64,000 bases of DNA from an uncultured delta proteobacterium (GTDB lineage: Bacteria; Myxococcota; Myxococcia; Myxococcales; Anaeromyxobacteraceae): NCBI GenBank assembly GCA_963845515.1, contig CAWJSR010000002.1, forward strand, positions 1 through 64,000, given 5' to 3'. Position numbers and translations under genes: made by a program. This document shows, one piece after another, positions 22,813 through 32,644 of the stretch. How positions within the stretch are numbered: the first letter of the stretch is position 1; the number at the start of each line of letters is the position of its first letter. The notes beneath the pieces were generated by a model, which saw only the letters and a program-made list of their open reading frames with translations, ran no database searches and was not told the DNA's origin.

Positions 22813-23711
22813 CGCCGGTCCTCCTCGATGGCCGGGAGGGTGATGGTGAAGGAGGTCCCCTTCCCCAGCTCGCTCTCCGCCTCGATCTTCCCGCCGTGGG
22901 CGGTGACGATGTGCTTCACCATCGCGAGCCCCAGGCCGGAGCCCTCGATGATCCGGTCGAGCGGATCGCGCGCGCGGTAGAACCGGTCGAAGACCCGCTT
23001 CAGGTCCTGCTTGCCGATCCCGGGCCCGTTGTCGCTCACGACGATCCGGACGACGGGGCCGGCGCCGGACGCCTCGACGACGATCCGCTTCTCGGGGCCG
23101 GTGTACTTGAAGGCGTTGGTGAGGATGTTGATGAGCGCCTCGACGAGCGCCGCCCGGTCGGCGCGGACGCGCGGGAGCTCCGCGGGGATCCGCAGCACGA
23201 CGTCGGCCGGCTGGTGCAGCCGCAGCGGCGCCAGGGCGGCGACCGCCGCGTCCAGGATCGGGCGGAGCGGCTCGGCGCGAAGGTCGAAGGTGCGCCGGCC
23301 CTGCTCCATCCGCGCCCAGTCGAGCAGCCGGTTGATGAGGCCGGAGAGCCGCTCGGTCTCCTCGGCGATGATCTCGAGCGCCTCCTGCTGGCGGGTCGGG
23401 TCGGTGAGCCGCCCGAGCTGGAGCGTCTCGACGAACATGCGGATGGAGGTCAGCGGCGTGCGCAGGTCGTGCGAGACCTTGTTGACGAAGTCGGTCTGCA
23501 GCCTCGCCAGCCGCGCCTCGCGCCGCAGCACGACGATGGCCGCGATGCCGCCGATGATGGTGGTGACCACCATCGCGACGACGAGCCCGCCGAAGAGGTA
23601 GTCGCGCGCCCTCGACCCGAAGACGAGGATCAGGATGCCGACGGTGAGGAGCGCCGCCGCCGGGACGAAGACGAACCCGATGATGAGCCCGAGGATGCGC
23701 GAGAGCTTCAC
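22809..23711 (-). CDS. Membrane sensor histidine kinase (2 TM, almost no periplasmic loop)
   Basis: Two N-terminal hydrophobic helices; VSHDLRTPLTSI; NAFKY; DNGPGI; GSGLGL. Confidence 0.92.
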   Translation of the reverse strand: MKLSRILGLIIGFVFVPAAALLTVGILILVFGSRARDYLFGGLVVAMVVTTIIGGIAAIVVLRREARLARLQTDFVNKVSHDLRTPLTSIRMFVETLQLGRLTDPTRQQEALEIIAEETERLSGLINRLLDWARMEQGRRTFDLRAEPLRPILDAAVAALAPLRLHQPADVVLRIPAELPRVRADRAALVEALINILTNAFKYTGPEKRIVVEASGAGPVVRIVVSDNGPGIGKQDLKRVFDRFYRARDPLDRIIEGSGLGLAMVKHIVTAHGGKIEAESELGKGTSFTITLPAIEEDRR

Positions 23712-23798
23712 CGGGCCATCCTAATGCGGACCGCGGCCGCCGCGCGACTCGTCCCCGCGGGTCCCCCGCTCCGAACTGGCCGACCGCGCACACAAGAC

Positions 23799-23833
23799 GA
23801 GGCCCCCGGCGCTCCTGAGAGCGCCGGGGGCCC
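23799..23833 (-). terminator. Hairpin terminator downstream of the cytochrome gene
   Basis: GGCCCCCGGCGCTC-CTGA-GAGCGCCGGGGGCC perfect stem. Confidence 0.7.
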
Positions 23834-23857
23834 GGTCACTTCGACTGCGTCAGCCGG

Positions 23858-26204
23858 CTACGGCTTCGGCTGGTGCACCTGGAGCGCGTCGTACGTCGCG
23901 CCCGCGCCGTGGCACACCCCGCAGGACTCGACGCCACCGGCGGTGGTGTTGGCAGCTCGGCGTGGGCCACCGCCGCGGACGAGTCGTGGCAGCTGGTGCA
24001 GGCCGCGGTCTGCGCCGGGACCACCTTCTGCGCAGTCACGAGGAACACGTCCGTCGTGGCGGCGCTGGTCGTCGCCGGCCAGAGGACCAGCGTGTTGCAG
24101 AAGTTGTCCGCGTCGCCCGCCCGCTCCTCGCAGGTGTAGGTGACCTGGAGGGTGCCGAGGTTGGTCGACTTCGGCAGGCCGTAGCTCCCTGCCGCGTGGC
24201 AGGTCTGGCAGTCGCCGAGGTCGCCCGGGAAGGCGCCGGGGAACGAGGCGGTGTCGGCGTACGGCGCGGCAGCGCTGAGGCTCCGGTCGGCGCCGAGCAC
24301 GTACAGCGAGCTGAGGGCGGAGCCGGCGTGGAGCTTGTGCGCCATGTTCATGATGCTCACGCTGTTCGGCGTGGACGAGAACGGGGTCGTCGTCGGCACG
24401 CCGGGTGCGCTCTCCGTGAACTCGAGCCGGGTCGACCGCTCGTCGTTGACGTTGTTCGGGTGGTGGCAGAATGCGCAGTACTCGGGGGTCTTGCGCGCCT
24501 CGCCGCCGTGGAACCCGAGGTCGTCGTGACACTTGTTGCACTTCGCGTTCACCGTGATGGTCCGGCGCGCGACGGCGGTGCCGCCGCCGACCGCGGCCGC
24601 CTTGATCGCGGTGGGCGACTGGGCCCACTCACGGACGGCGCAGGTGGCGCCCTGCGCCGGCGCAGCGGCCAGCACGCCAGTGCCGCAGCCGTCCGCCGCG
24701 GCCGCGGCCGCTTCGAACACGTAGGCCTCGACGCCGACGGCGATGCTGGTCCCGGCCGGAACGGCCTGGAACTTCGTGAGGCTGGTGTCGGTCCCGAGGT
24801 TGGCGACGAGCGGCGCGACGAACTGGCCGGCGACGGTCCCGGCGGTGATCAGCGCGAAGTTCGTGTCGTTCGAGGTGAAGCTCGGCGACTGGAGGTAGCC
24901 GTACCCGGACCCGACGGCGTTGAGCACGCCCGAGCCGAAGTCGCTCGTCGGGCCGCCGACGGAGAAGCGGAAGCTGCCGCAGGAGACCGTCGCGCCGACC
25001 GTGACGCCGGCCGGGAGCATGCAGAAGTCCGAGCGCGTCAGCGTCGTCTTCGCCACGCCGTCCATGGCGACGGTGAAGGTCACCGTGGGGGCCGTCTGGT
25101 TGGCGTCGACCGAGACGATGGTGATGTCCATGGTCTTGCCGATCAGGGTCACGTTGGTGGCGGCGTCACGGAGCGGCGAGTGCGCCGCCGTGTAGTTGGG
25201 CGCCGTCGCGCTGGTCGCGCTGTGGCAGCCGCCCGTCGCGCAGGTCGTCAGCCCGGTGTGGGTGGCCGAAGTAGCCAGCGCGGTGTGGCAGGAGCCGCAG
25301 GCCACGATCGACGGGACGATCGCCTGCGCCGCGCCGCCGTGGCACATGGCGCAGTTCTTCACGCCGTTCAGCATGTCGGGGAAGACCACCTTGCTGAAGT
25401 CGTAGAAGTGCTGCTGGTAGCCGACGATGGCGTAACCGGCCAGGCCAGCGTGGATCTTGTGGATCATGACGCGCATGTCGACCGTGTTGTTCGTCTCGGG
25501 GTCGATGGTCTGCGGGGTGTGGCAGCTGATGCAGACGTCGACCGAGCGGCGGCGGCCGTGGGCGGTCAGGTTCTTGTGGCAGGCGTTGCAGGCGTCATCG
25601 GTGACGACCTGGCGAACGGCGGCGGTGCCACCGCCCGGCACGAAGCTGAAGCTGTCGGCGCCCGGGTAGGACGTCCCTTCGACGGTCCGCGCCCCGAAGC
25701 CCGTGACCATGACGGTCGCGGTCTGGGTCGGGGCGGTGTAGGTGACGCCGGTTCCGGCGTTGAGGGTCACGGTGTACTCACCGGCGTTGGCGCCGGCGAC
25801 CGGGGCGGTGGCGGTTCCCGACATGGCCTGCGTCACCGTGCGGGCGGGGCTCTGCGTGACGCCGGCGCCGTCCACGTACGAAGCCGCCGCCTTGTTGCCC
25901 ACGAAGAGCGAAGAGTACGTGCCGTCGGCGTTCAGCTGCGCGATCGTCCAGCTCGGCCGGAAGGCGTCAACCGCGAGGTCGACGGCCTTGCCTGCCGCGT
26001 CGGTGACCTTGAAGGTGACGGACGGCTGGCCGGTCGCGGGAGCCCTCGCGGAGAGGATCTCCAGCGTGAGCCCGGAGCCGGCGACGATCGGGGCGTCGAC
26101 TCCAGGGGCGCCCGCGGCGCCGTCCTTGCCGTCTTCGCCTCACAACCCGCCATCATCGCGACCGCTGCGAGCGCGAGCAGCGCACTTCGCTTGAACGTTT
26201 GCAT
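23858..26204 (-). CDS. OmcA/MtrC-family decaheme c-type cytochrome lipoprotein (frameshifts near 26140 and 23950)
   Basis: Lipobox MMAGC; nine CxxCH plus one CxxxxCH in two blocks of five; MIHKIHAG and MAHKLHAG; RQVVTDDAC. Confidence 0.88.
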
Positions 26205-26604
26205 GTCTTGCTTTCTCCTGAGCGAAAGGCGACGCCGAAACGGCGCCGCGATTGGCAGAATGGCATCAACGCCATTCCTCGCCGTTGCGTCAAGGCGCCA
26301 ATCGGGCTTTCTGACTGAGAATTTCGAGAATCTCGTGGGCCATTCCACACCCCCCTGTGCGGGCTGCGCGACAGGACGCAGCGCTGGGTGAAATGACGCC
26401 GTTCACGAATCGTTCATCAAGGTGCGAACGCCCCACTTTGCTCTCAGTCACTTCGCGAGCCTTGGGCCTGCATTTGACCGATGGAGAACCCATCCGGGTG
26501 CAGCCCGAGCGGGGTGTCGCCGCGCAATACCTGCGCAAACGATCGCTTGCGCGAGGCAGATGACGCCGGGACGTCGCCGGCTTCACCGACCGCGAAGCGT
26601 GGCG

Positions 26605-28773
26605 TCAGCCGTGGAACCGCCGCCCCGCTCTCGCCAACTCCACGAGGAGCGGCGCCGGCGCGAAACGCTCGCCATGCTTCGCCCGGAGCGCCTCCAGCTT
26701 CCCCAGCAGCGCGGCTGCGCCGAGTGCGTCGGCGTATCGGAGAGGGCCGCCCCGGAAAGGCGGGAAACCGATCCCGAAGACCGCAGCCATGTCCGCGTCG
26801 CGAGCGCTCCGCACGACCTTCTCCTCGACGCAGCGGATCGCCTCGTTCACCATCGGCAGCGCGATCCGCTCGACGAGCTCCTCGGCCGGGAAGGGCTTCC
26901 GCTCGCGCCCGCCAGGGAGCAGGTCGTAGACCGTCTCGTCCACGTGCTTCTTGCCGTGGCCGTACGTGTAGAAGCCCTGCTTGTTCTTCCGCCCGAGCCG
27001 GCCCGCCGCGAGGACGTCCTGGATCGCGCCGGGCGGCGCCAGCCGCTCGCCGAAGGCCTCGTGCATCACCTTCGAGACCTTCGCCGCGACGTCGATCCCG
27101 ACCTCGTCCAGCAGCGTGATCGGCCCGACCTTGAAGCCGAAGCGGACGAGCGCCCGGTCCAGCTCGTCGATGTCGGCCCCCTCGACGAGGAGGCGGGCCG
27201 CCTCGTTGACGTACGGGGCCAGGATCCGGTTCGCGTAGAAGCCCGGGCCGTCCTTCACGACGATCGGCGTCTTCCCCTGCCGCTTGCCGAACGCGACGGC
27301 GGTGGCGATCGCCTCGGGCGAGCTCTTCTCGGCGGCGACCACCTCGAGCAGCGGCATCTTGTGGACCGGGGAGAAGTAGTGCATCCCGACCACGTTCTCC
27401 GGGTGCTTCGCCGCCGCCGCGATCTGCGAGATCGGGAGGGCCGAGGTGTTGGTCGCGAAGATGGCGCGCGGGTTCACCGCCTCGAGGTCGCGCAGGATCT
27501 GCTGCTTGAGCGCCATGTCCTCGAAGACCGCCTCGATGACGAGGTCGACGCCGGCGAAGCCGGACCAGTCGGTCGTGCCGGTCACGAGCCGCAGCGTCGC
27601 GAAGAGCTCACGCTTGTCGATGGAGCGCCGCTTCACCCGCTCCTCGAGCAGGCCCCTGACGATGGCGATGGACTTGCCGACGAGGGCGTCGTCCCGGTCT
27701 CGCAGCCTGACCGGGACGCCGGCGTTGGCCGTGACGTAGGCGATGCCGCTCCCCATGAAGCCGCCGCCGAGGACGCCGACGCGCTCGACCTTGCGCGGCT
27801 TGACCTCGGGATCGTCGACGCCGCGGTCCTTCTTGAGCGCCGTCGACGCGAAGAAGATCTCGACCAGGCGGCGCGAGACGTCGGTCACCGCCAGCTCGCC
27901 GAAGCGGCGCGCCTCCAGCGCCAGCCCCTCCGCCATGCCGTGCGCGAGGCCGTGCGCGACCACCTCGAGCGCCCGCTCCTGCGCCGGGTAGTTCCCCTTC
28001 GTCGCGCGGAGCAGCGCCGCCCTCGCCTGGCGGAAGACGAGCGCCCGGCCGGCCGGGTTCCCGGTGAGCGCGGCTGACCGGACCGCGGCCATCGCGCCGT
28101 CGTGGTGGCGCGCCGCCTCCGGCTTCAGCGCGCCGCTCGCGAGCTCGACCGCGCGCCGGCGCGCCACGTCGAGGAGGAGCTCCTTCGGCGGCGTCTCGTC
28201 GACGAGCCCGAGCTTGCGCGCCTTGCGCGCCTTCACCGACTTGCCGGTGAGCACCAGGTCGAGCCCGGCCTCCAGCCCGACGAGCCGCGGGAGCCGCTGC
28301 GTCCCGCCGGCGCCCGGGATGAGCCCGAGCTGGACCTCGGGGTTTCCGAGCGCCGTCTTCGGGTCGTCAGAGGCGACCCGGTAGCTGCACGCGAGCGCCA
28401 GCTCCAGGCCGCCGCCCAGGCAGGCGCCGTGGATCGCCGCCACCACCGGCTTGCCCAGCGCCTCGAGCCGCCCGTAGACCCCTTGCAGCTCGCGCGCGAG
28501 CGCCTCGGCGTCGGCGGCCGTCGTGAGCGCCTGGAAGGTGTCGATGTGCGCGCCGGCGATGAAGCCGTCCTTCTTGCCGCTGGCGATCACGACGGCCTTC
28601 ACCTCCCCGTCCGAGGCCAGGGCGTCGACGACCTTCGAGAGCTCGGCCCCGACCTCCGGCGAGATGGTGTTCACCGGCTCGCCCGGCACGTCGACGAGGA
28701 CGGTCGCGACGCCGTCGTCGACCGTGACGCGGAAGTTCCTCAGAGAGCTGCCGATCGCCGCAGGGGTCGCCAT
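26605..28773 (-). CDS. fadJ: Fatty acid oxidation complex alpha subunit
   Basis: Crotonase ACLGGGLELALAC, PEVQLGLIPGAGGTQRLPR; VLGGGFMGSGIA; IEAVFE; GMHYFSPV; FGIGFPPFRGGP. Confidence 0.93.
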   Translation of the reverse strand: MATPAAIGSSLRNFRVTVDDGVATVLVDVPGEPVNTISPEVGAELSKVVDALASDGEVKAVVIASGKKDGFIAGAHIDTFQALTTAADAEALARELQGVYGRLEALGKPVVAAIHGACLGGGLELALACSYRVASDDPKTALGNPEVQLGLIPGAGGTQRLPRLVGLEAGLDLVLTGKSVKARKARKLGLVDETPPKELLLDVARRRAVELASGALKPEAARHHDGAMAAVRSAALTGNPAGRALVFRQARAALLRATKGNYPAQERALEVVAHGLAHGMAEGLALEARRFGELAVTDVSRRLVEIFFASTALKKDRGVDDPEVKPRKVERVGVLGGGFMGSGIAYVTANAGVPVRLRDRDDALVGKSIAIVRGLLEERVKRRSIDKRELFATLRLVTGTTDWSGFAGVDLVIEAVFEDMALKQQILRDLEAVNPRAIFATNTSALPISQIAAAAKHPENVVGMHYFSPVHKMPLLEVVAAEKSSPEAIATAVAFGKRQGKTPIVVKDGPGFYANRILAPYVNEAARLLVEGADIDELDRALVRFGFKVGPITLLDEVGIDVAAKVSKVMHEAFGERLAPPGAIQDVLAAGRLGRKNKQGFYTYGHGKKHVDETVYDLLPGGRERKPFPAEELVERIALPMVNEAIRCVEEKVVRSARDADMAAVFGIGFPPFRGGPLRYADALGAAALLGKLEALRAKHGERFAPAPLLVELARAGRRFHG

Positions 28774-28796
28774 GGCCGTCCCTCCCTCTGGAGCCG

Positions 28797-30104
28797 TCAC
28801 TCGCGCTCGAGCACGAGCGCCGCGCCCATCGCGCCGGCCGCGCACACCGTCAGGAGCGCGAACTGCCCGTTCCGCCGCCGCAGCTCGCGCGCCACCTGGT
28901 GGATCATCCGGGCGCCGGTCGCGCCGAACGGGTGGCCGAGCGCGATCGAGCCGCCGTTGACGTTGAGCCGCGCCGGGTCCACCTCGCCGAGCGGCTGCGC
29001 CCGCCCCAGCTCCTTCTCCGCGAACTCGCGCGAGGCGAAGGCCTTGAGGTTGGAGAGCACCTGCGCCGCGAAGGCCTCGTGCATGTCGACGAGGTCCATG
29101 TCCGCGAGCGTCAGCCCCGCCCGCTCCAGGGCGACCGGCGCGGCGTAGGCCGGCCCCTGCAGCAGCTGGTCGGCGGGGTCGAGCGCCGCGTAGGCGTAGC
29201 TCCGGATGAAGGCGATCGGGGTGAGCCCCAGCGCCTTCGCCTTCTCCTCGGACATGAGGATGAGCGCGGCGGCGCCGTCGGTGAGCGGCGACGAGTTGCC
29301 GGCCGTGAGGCTCCCGTACCGCTTGTCGAAGACCGGCTTGAGCGCGGCGAGCGCCTCGAGGGTCGTCTCCTTGCGGACGACGTTGTCGCGCGCCGAGACG
29401 GTGGCGTAGTCGGGCGGGACGGCGACGCGCATCACCTCCTCGGCGAACCTGCCGTCGTCCCAGGCCGCGGCGGCGCGCTGGTGGCTCAGCAGCGCGAACG
29501 CGTCCTGCGCCTCGCGTCCGATCCCGTTCCTCCGCGCCATCAGCTCGGCGCTCTGCCCCATCGTGAGCCCGGTGGTCGGCTCGGTCAGCCCCGGCGCGAC
29601 CGGCGCGAAGTCCCGCGGCCTCAGGTGCGCGAGGATCGCCATCCGGGCCCCAATGGAGCGGGCGCGGGAGAGGTCGATGAGCGCGTGCGCCAGCTTGCGC
29701 CCCGCGAAGATCGGCGCGTCGGAGAGCGACTCGGCGCCGCCCGCGACGGCGACGTCGGCGTGGCCGAGGACGATCTGGTCGGCGGCGGAGGTGGCCGCCT
29801 GGATCGACGTCGCGCAGGCGCGCGAGACCGTGTGCGCCTCCACGCTCTTCGGCAGCTGCGTCCGGAGCACCACCTCGCGCGCGATGAGCGTGGCCGTGGT
29901 GGAGGGGACGACCTCGCCGAAGGTGACGAGGTCGAACTCCTTCGGCGCGATGCCGGTCCGCACGACGAGCTCGTTCACGACGAGCGCGGCGAGGTCGATG
30001 GCGGCGAGCGCCTTGAAGTCGGTCCCCGCCTTCACGAACGGGGTGCGGAGGCCGGCGACGATGGCGGCGCGTCGTCCCGGGCGCGGGTGACCGTTGTGAG
30101 CCAT
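28797..30104 (-). CDS. fadI: Acetyl-CoA C-acyltransferase (thiolase)
   Basis: GLRTPF, TVSRACATS, HEAFAAQVLSN, GGSIALGHPFGATG, CAAGAMG. Confidence 0.92.
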   Translation of the reverse strand: MAHNGHPRPGRRAAIVAGLRTPFVKAGTDFKALAAIDLAALVVNELVVRTGIAPKEFDLVTFGEVVPSTTATLIAREVVLRTQLPKSVEAHTVSRACATSIQAATSAADQIVLGHADVAVAGGAESLSDAPIFAGRKLAHALIDLSRARSIGARMAILAHLRPRDFAPVAPGLTEPTTGLTMGQSAELMARRNGIGREAQDAFALLSHQRAAAAWDDGRFAEEVMRVAVPPDYATVSARDNVVRKETTLEALAALKPVFDKRYGSLTAGNSSPLTDGAAALILMSEEKAKALGLTPIAFIRSYAYAALDPADQLLQGPAYAAPVALERAGLTLADMDLVDMHEAFAAQVLSNLKAFASREFAEKELGRAQPLGEVDPARLNVNGGSIALGHPFGATGARMIHQVARELRRRNGQFALLTVCAAGAMGAALVLERE

Positions 30105-30325
30105 TGGGCCCTCCAGCCAGCGGGAGATCGGGTGAGCCTTCTTATACCCATTTAGTGTGAGTCAGGCGCCGCCGCAACGAAAGCCGAATCCGGCGTCCAC
30201 GTCACGTTTGTCGTAGATCCGCCCCAACTTAGCCGGCGCAGCGAGCGGCAGGAGCAAACACTGTTCGGGTAGGACATCTGAGGCGGCGCCGGGCTGGGCG
30301 CTCGAGCGCCGCGGGGGCATCAGCC

Positions 30326-30973
30326 GTGCGCACGCTCGCCATCGCGTCGGTCCTCTCGCTCGCGCTCGCGCTGCCCGTCGAGCACCGCGGCGACGAGCCG
30401 GCACCGGTCGCGAAGCCTCCGGACCTGTCGGTCAAGCCTCCTCCGGACCTGACCGTCACGCCACCGCCACCGCTCCGGGAGCTGCTCCTGGCGGAGCCGC
30501 CGGCGCCGACGGCACGCGATCTGGCGTTCGAGGCCTCGGTGGCGCGACGCCGCTCATTCCTCTCCGCCCACCAGGCGACCGGGATCGCGGCCTGGGCGCT
30601 CATGGGCACCACCGTCGTGGTGGGACAGCTCAACTACAACGACCTCTACGGCGGCGGCGGCTACACGCAGCGCTACCGGAATCCGCACCGGGCGCTCGCC
30701 GCCGCCACGACCGCGACCTTCGCGTTCACCGGGATCCTCGCGGTCGCGGCCCCCACGCCGTACTCCAGGCGGCTCCGCCTCGACACGGCCACCGTTCACA
30801 AGGGCGCGATGGCGGTGACCACCATCGGGCTCCTGAGCCAGATCGCGCTCGGGATCTGGACGCGCGCCTCGCTCGGAAACGTGGATCAGCCCCGGCTCGC
30901 CCGCGCGCACCAGGCGCTGGGCTACGCCACCTTCGGCGCGATGACGATCGGCGCCGTGACGCTCGTCTTCTAG
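30326..30973 (+). CDS. Membrane protein with signal peptide and four His-led TM helices (cytochrome b-like candidate)
   Basis: SAHQ, NPHR, TVHK and RAHQ each precede a hydrophobic helix. Confidence 0.55.
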   Translation: MRTLAIASVLSLALALPVEHRGDEPAPVAKPPDLSVKPPPDLTVTPPPPLRELLLAEPPAPTARDLAFEASVARRRSFLSAHQATGIAAWALMGTTVVVGQLNYNDLYGGGGYTQRYRNPHRALAAATTATFAFTGILAVAAPTPYSRRLRLDTATVHKGAMAVTTIGLLSQIALGIWTRASLGNVDQPRLARAHQALGYATFGAMTIGAVTLVF

Positions 30974-30983
30974 GGAGCCCCGC

Positions 30984-31556
30984 ATGCTCGCGCCGCACCT
31001 GCTCCTCGCGCTCTCCCTCCTGGCCGGACCGGACGAGCCGCCCAGCGCCGCCGGCGCTCGGACGCTCTCCGCGCTGCAAGGCTCGACGCTCGCGTTCCAC
31101 CTGATCCACCCCCTCCACTCGGTGGACGGGGTCTCCCGCGCGGTCGAAGCGAGGGCGCGGCTCCCCGGAGACGGCAGCGTCCAGGTGGCGGTCCGGGCGC
31201 GCGTCGCCTCGTTCGACTCCGGCAACTCCAACCGTGACGCCCACATGCTCGAGGTGACCGAGGCCGCGCGGCTGCCGTTCGTCCAGTTCAGCGGGACGGC
31301 CACCGGGATCCAGACGGACCGCTACCCCGCGGAGCTCGACGTCCCGCTCACCGGCACGCTGGAGTTCCACGGCGTCTCGCGCGAGGTCAGCGTCACGGCG
31401 AAGGTGCGCTTCGAGTCCCCGGAGCGGGCAGAGGTGGAGGCGACCTTCCCGGTGAGCCTGAAGGCCTACGGCGTGAAGCGCCCCTCGCTCCTCTTCGTCG
31501 CGGTGAAGGATCGGATCGAGATCACCGCGCACCTGTCGCTCGCGCTGGAGCAGTGA
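30984..31556 (+). CDS. YceI-family polyisoprenoid-binding protein
   Basis: Signal peptide; HSVDG; FDSGNSNRDAHM; GTLEFHGVSREV; YGVKRPSLLF. Confidence 0.85.
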   Translation: MLAPHLLLALSLLAGPDEPPSAAGARTLSALQGSTLAFHLIHPLHSVDGVSRAVEARARLPGDGSVQVAVRARVASFDSGNSNRDAHMLEVTEAARLPFVQFSGTATGIQTDRYPAELDVPLTGTLEFHGVSREVSVTAKVRFESPERAEVEATFPVSLKAYGVKRPSLLFVAVKDRIEITAHLSLALEQ

Positions 31557-31632
31557 TCAGGCCGCCGCCGCGACCGCAGCGCACCTGCCCCGCACCGTTG
31601 CCGGCCGCCGGACCTCGGTCCATCATGCGCCG

Positions 31633-32610
31633 GTGATCGACGTCCGCGGGCTGGAGAAGCACTACAAGGTGCACAAGCGGGAGCCGGGCCTGGCGTCGGC
31701 CATCCGGTCGCTCGTGCGCCGCCGCTACGAGGTCGTGCGGGCGGTCGACGGCCTCTCGTTCCGGGTCGACGAGGGCGAGCGGGTCGGCTTCCTCGGGCCG
31801 AACGGCGCCGGGAAGACGACGACGCTGAAGATCCTCTCGGGGCTGCTCCACCCGACGTCGGGGGAGGTGACGGTCGCCGGCCACCTGCCGCGCAAGCGCG
31901 AGCCGAGCTTCCTGAAGCAGATCACCCTCGTCATGGGCCAGAAGCAGCAGCTCCTCTGGGACCTGCCGCCCTCCGAGACCTTCCAGCTCAACCGCGCCGT
32001 CTACGGCGTCCCGCGGCGGCAGGTGGAGGAGACGCTGAGGGAGCTCGTCGACCTGCTCGAGATCGGCGACCTCATCGGCAAGCCGACGCGCCAGCTCTCG
32101 CTGGGCGAGCGGATGAAGTGCGAGCTGGCGGCCGCGCTCCTCCACCGGCCGAAGGTCCTCTTCCTGGACGAGCCGACCATCGGGCTCGACGTCTCGATGC
32201 AGGCGACCGTCCGGCAGTTCGTGAAGGCCTACAACGAGCGGTTCGGCGCGACGGTGCTCCTCACGAGCCACTACATGGAGGACGTCGTCCAGCTCTGCCC
32301 GCGCGTCATCGTCATCGACCGCGGCCGGCTCCTCTACGACGGCGACCTGAAGGCGCTCTCCCACCGCGTCCGGCCCGACAAGCGGATCCGGGTGAGGGTG
32401 GCGAACGGCGGGGGGGACGATCTCGGCCGCTTCGGCGCCGTCGTCTCCCGCGACGACGGCGCGGTCACCTTCCAGGTGCCCGCCGACCAGGTCTCTGCGG
32501 CGGTGGCCCGGATCCTCGGAGAGCTGACCGTCACCGACCTGACGGTGGAGGACCCGCCGCTCGAGGAGGTCATGTCCGAGCTCTTCCGGTCGGCGCGGGC
32601 GGGCGGCTAG
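31633..32610 (+). CDS. ABC transporter ATP-binding protein
   Basis: GPNGAGKTT, LSLGERMKCE, FLDEPTIGLD, LTSHYMED. Confidence 0.92.
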   Translation: MIDVRGLEKHYKVHKREPGLASAIRSLVRRRYEVVRAVDGLSFRVDEGERVGFLGPNGAGKTTTLKILSGLLHPTSGEVTVAGHLPRKREPSFLKQITLVMGQKQQLLWDLPPSETFQLNRAVYGVPRRQVEETLRELVDLLEIGDLIGKPTRQLSLGERMKCELAAALLHRPKVLFLDEPTIGLDVSMQATVRQFVKAYNERFGATVLLTSHYMEDVVQLCPRVIVIDRGRLLYDGDLKALSHRVRPDKRIRVRVANGGGDDLGRFGAVVSRDDGAVTFQVPADQVSAAVARILGELTVTDLTVEDPPLEEVMSELFRSARAGG

Positions 32611-32644
32611 CGCCGGTCGCACCGCCTCCGCGAGCCGAGCGGCC

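Noticed and set aside
26130..26150. Selenocysteine UGA read-through in the cytochrome N-terminus
   Set aside because: The break is a frame change (missing G in GAG-GGC), not an in-frame UGA; I saw no in-frame UGA plus SECIS in the window despite selA/selB.
26205..26600. Cyclic-dinucleotide (GEMM) riboswitch or FNR box upstream of the cytochrome
   Set aside because: No GEMM consensus on the coding strand; only half-sites and a short AATGGC-N6-GCCATT palindrome, too weak to call.
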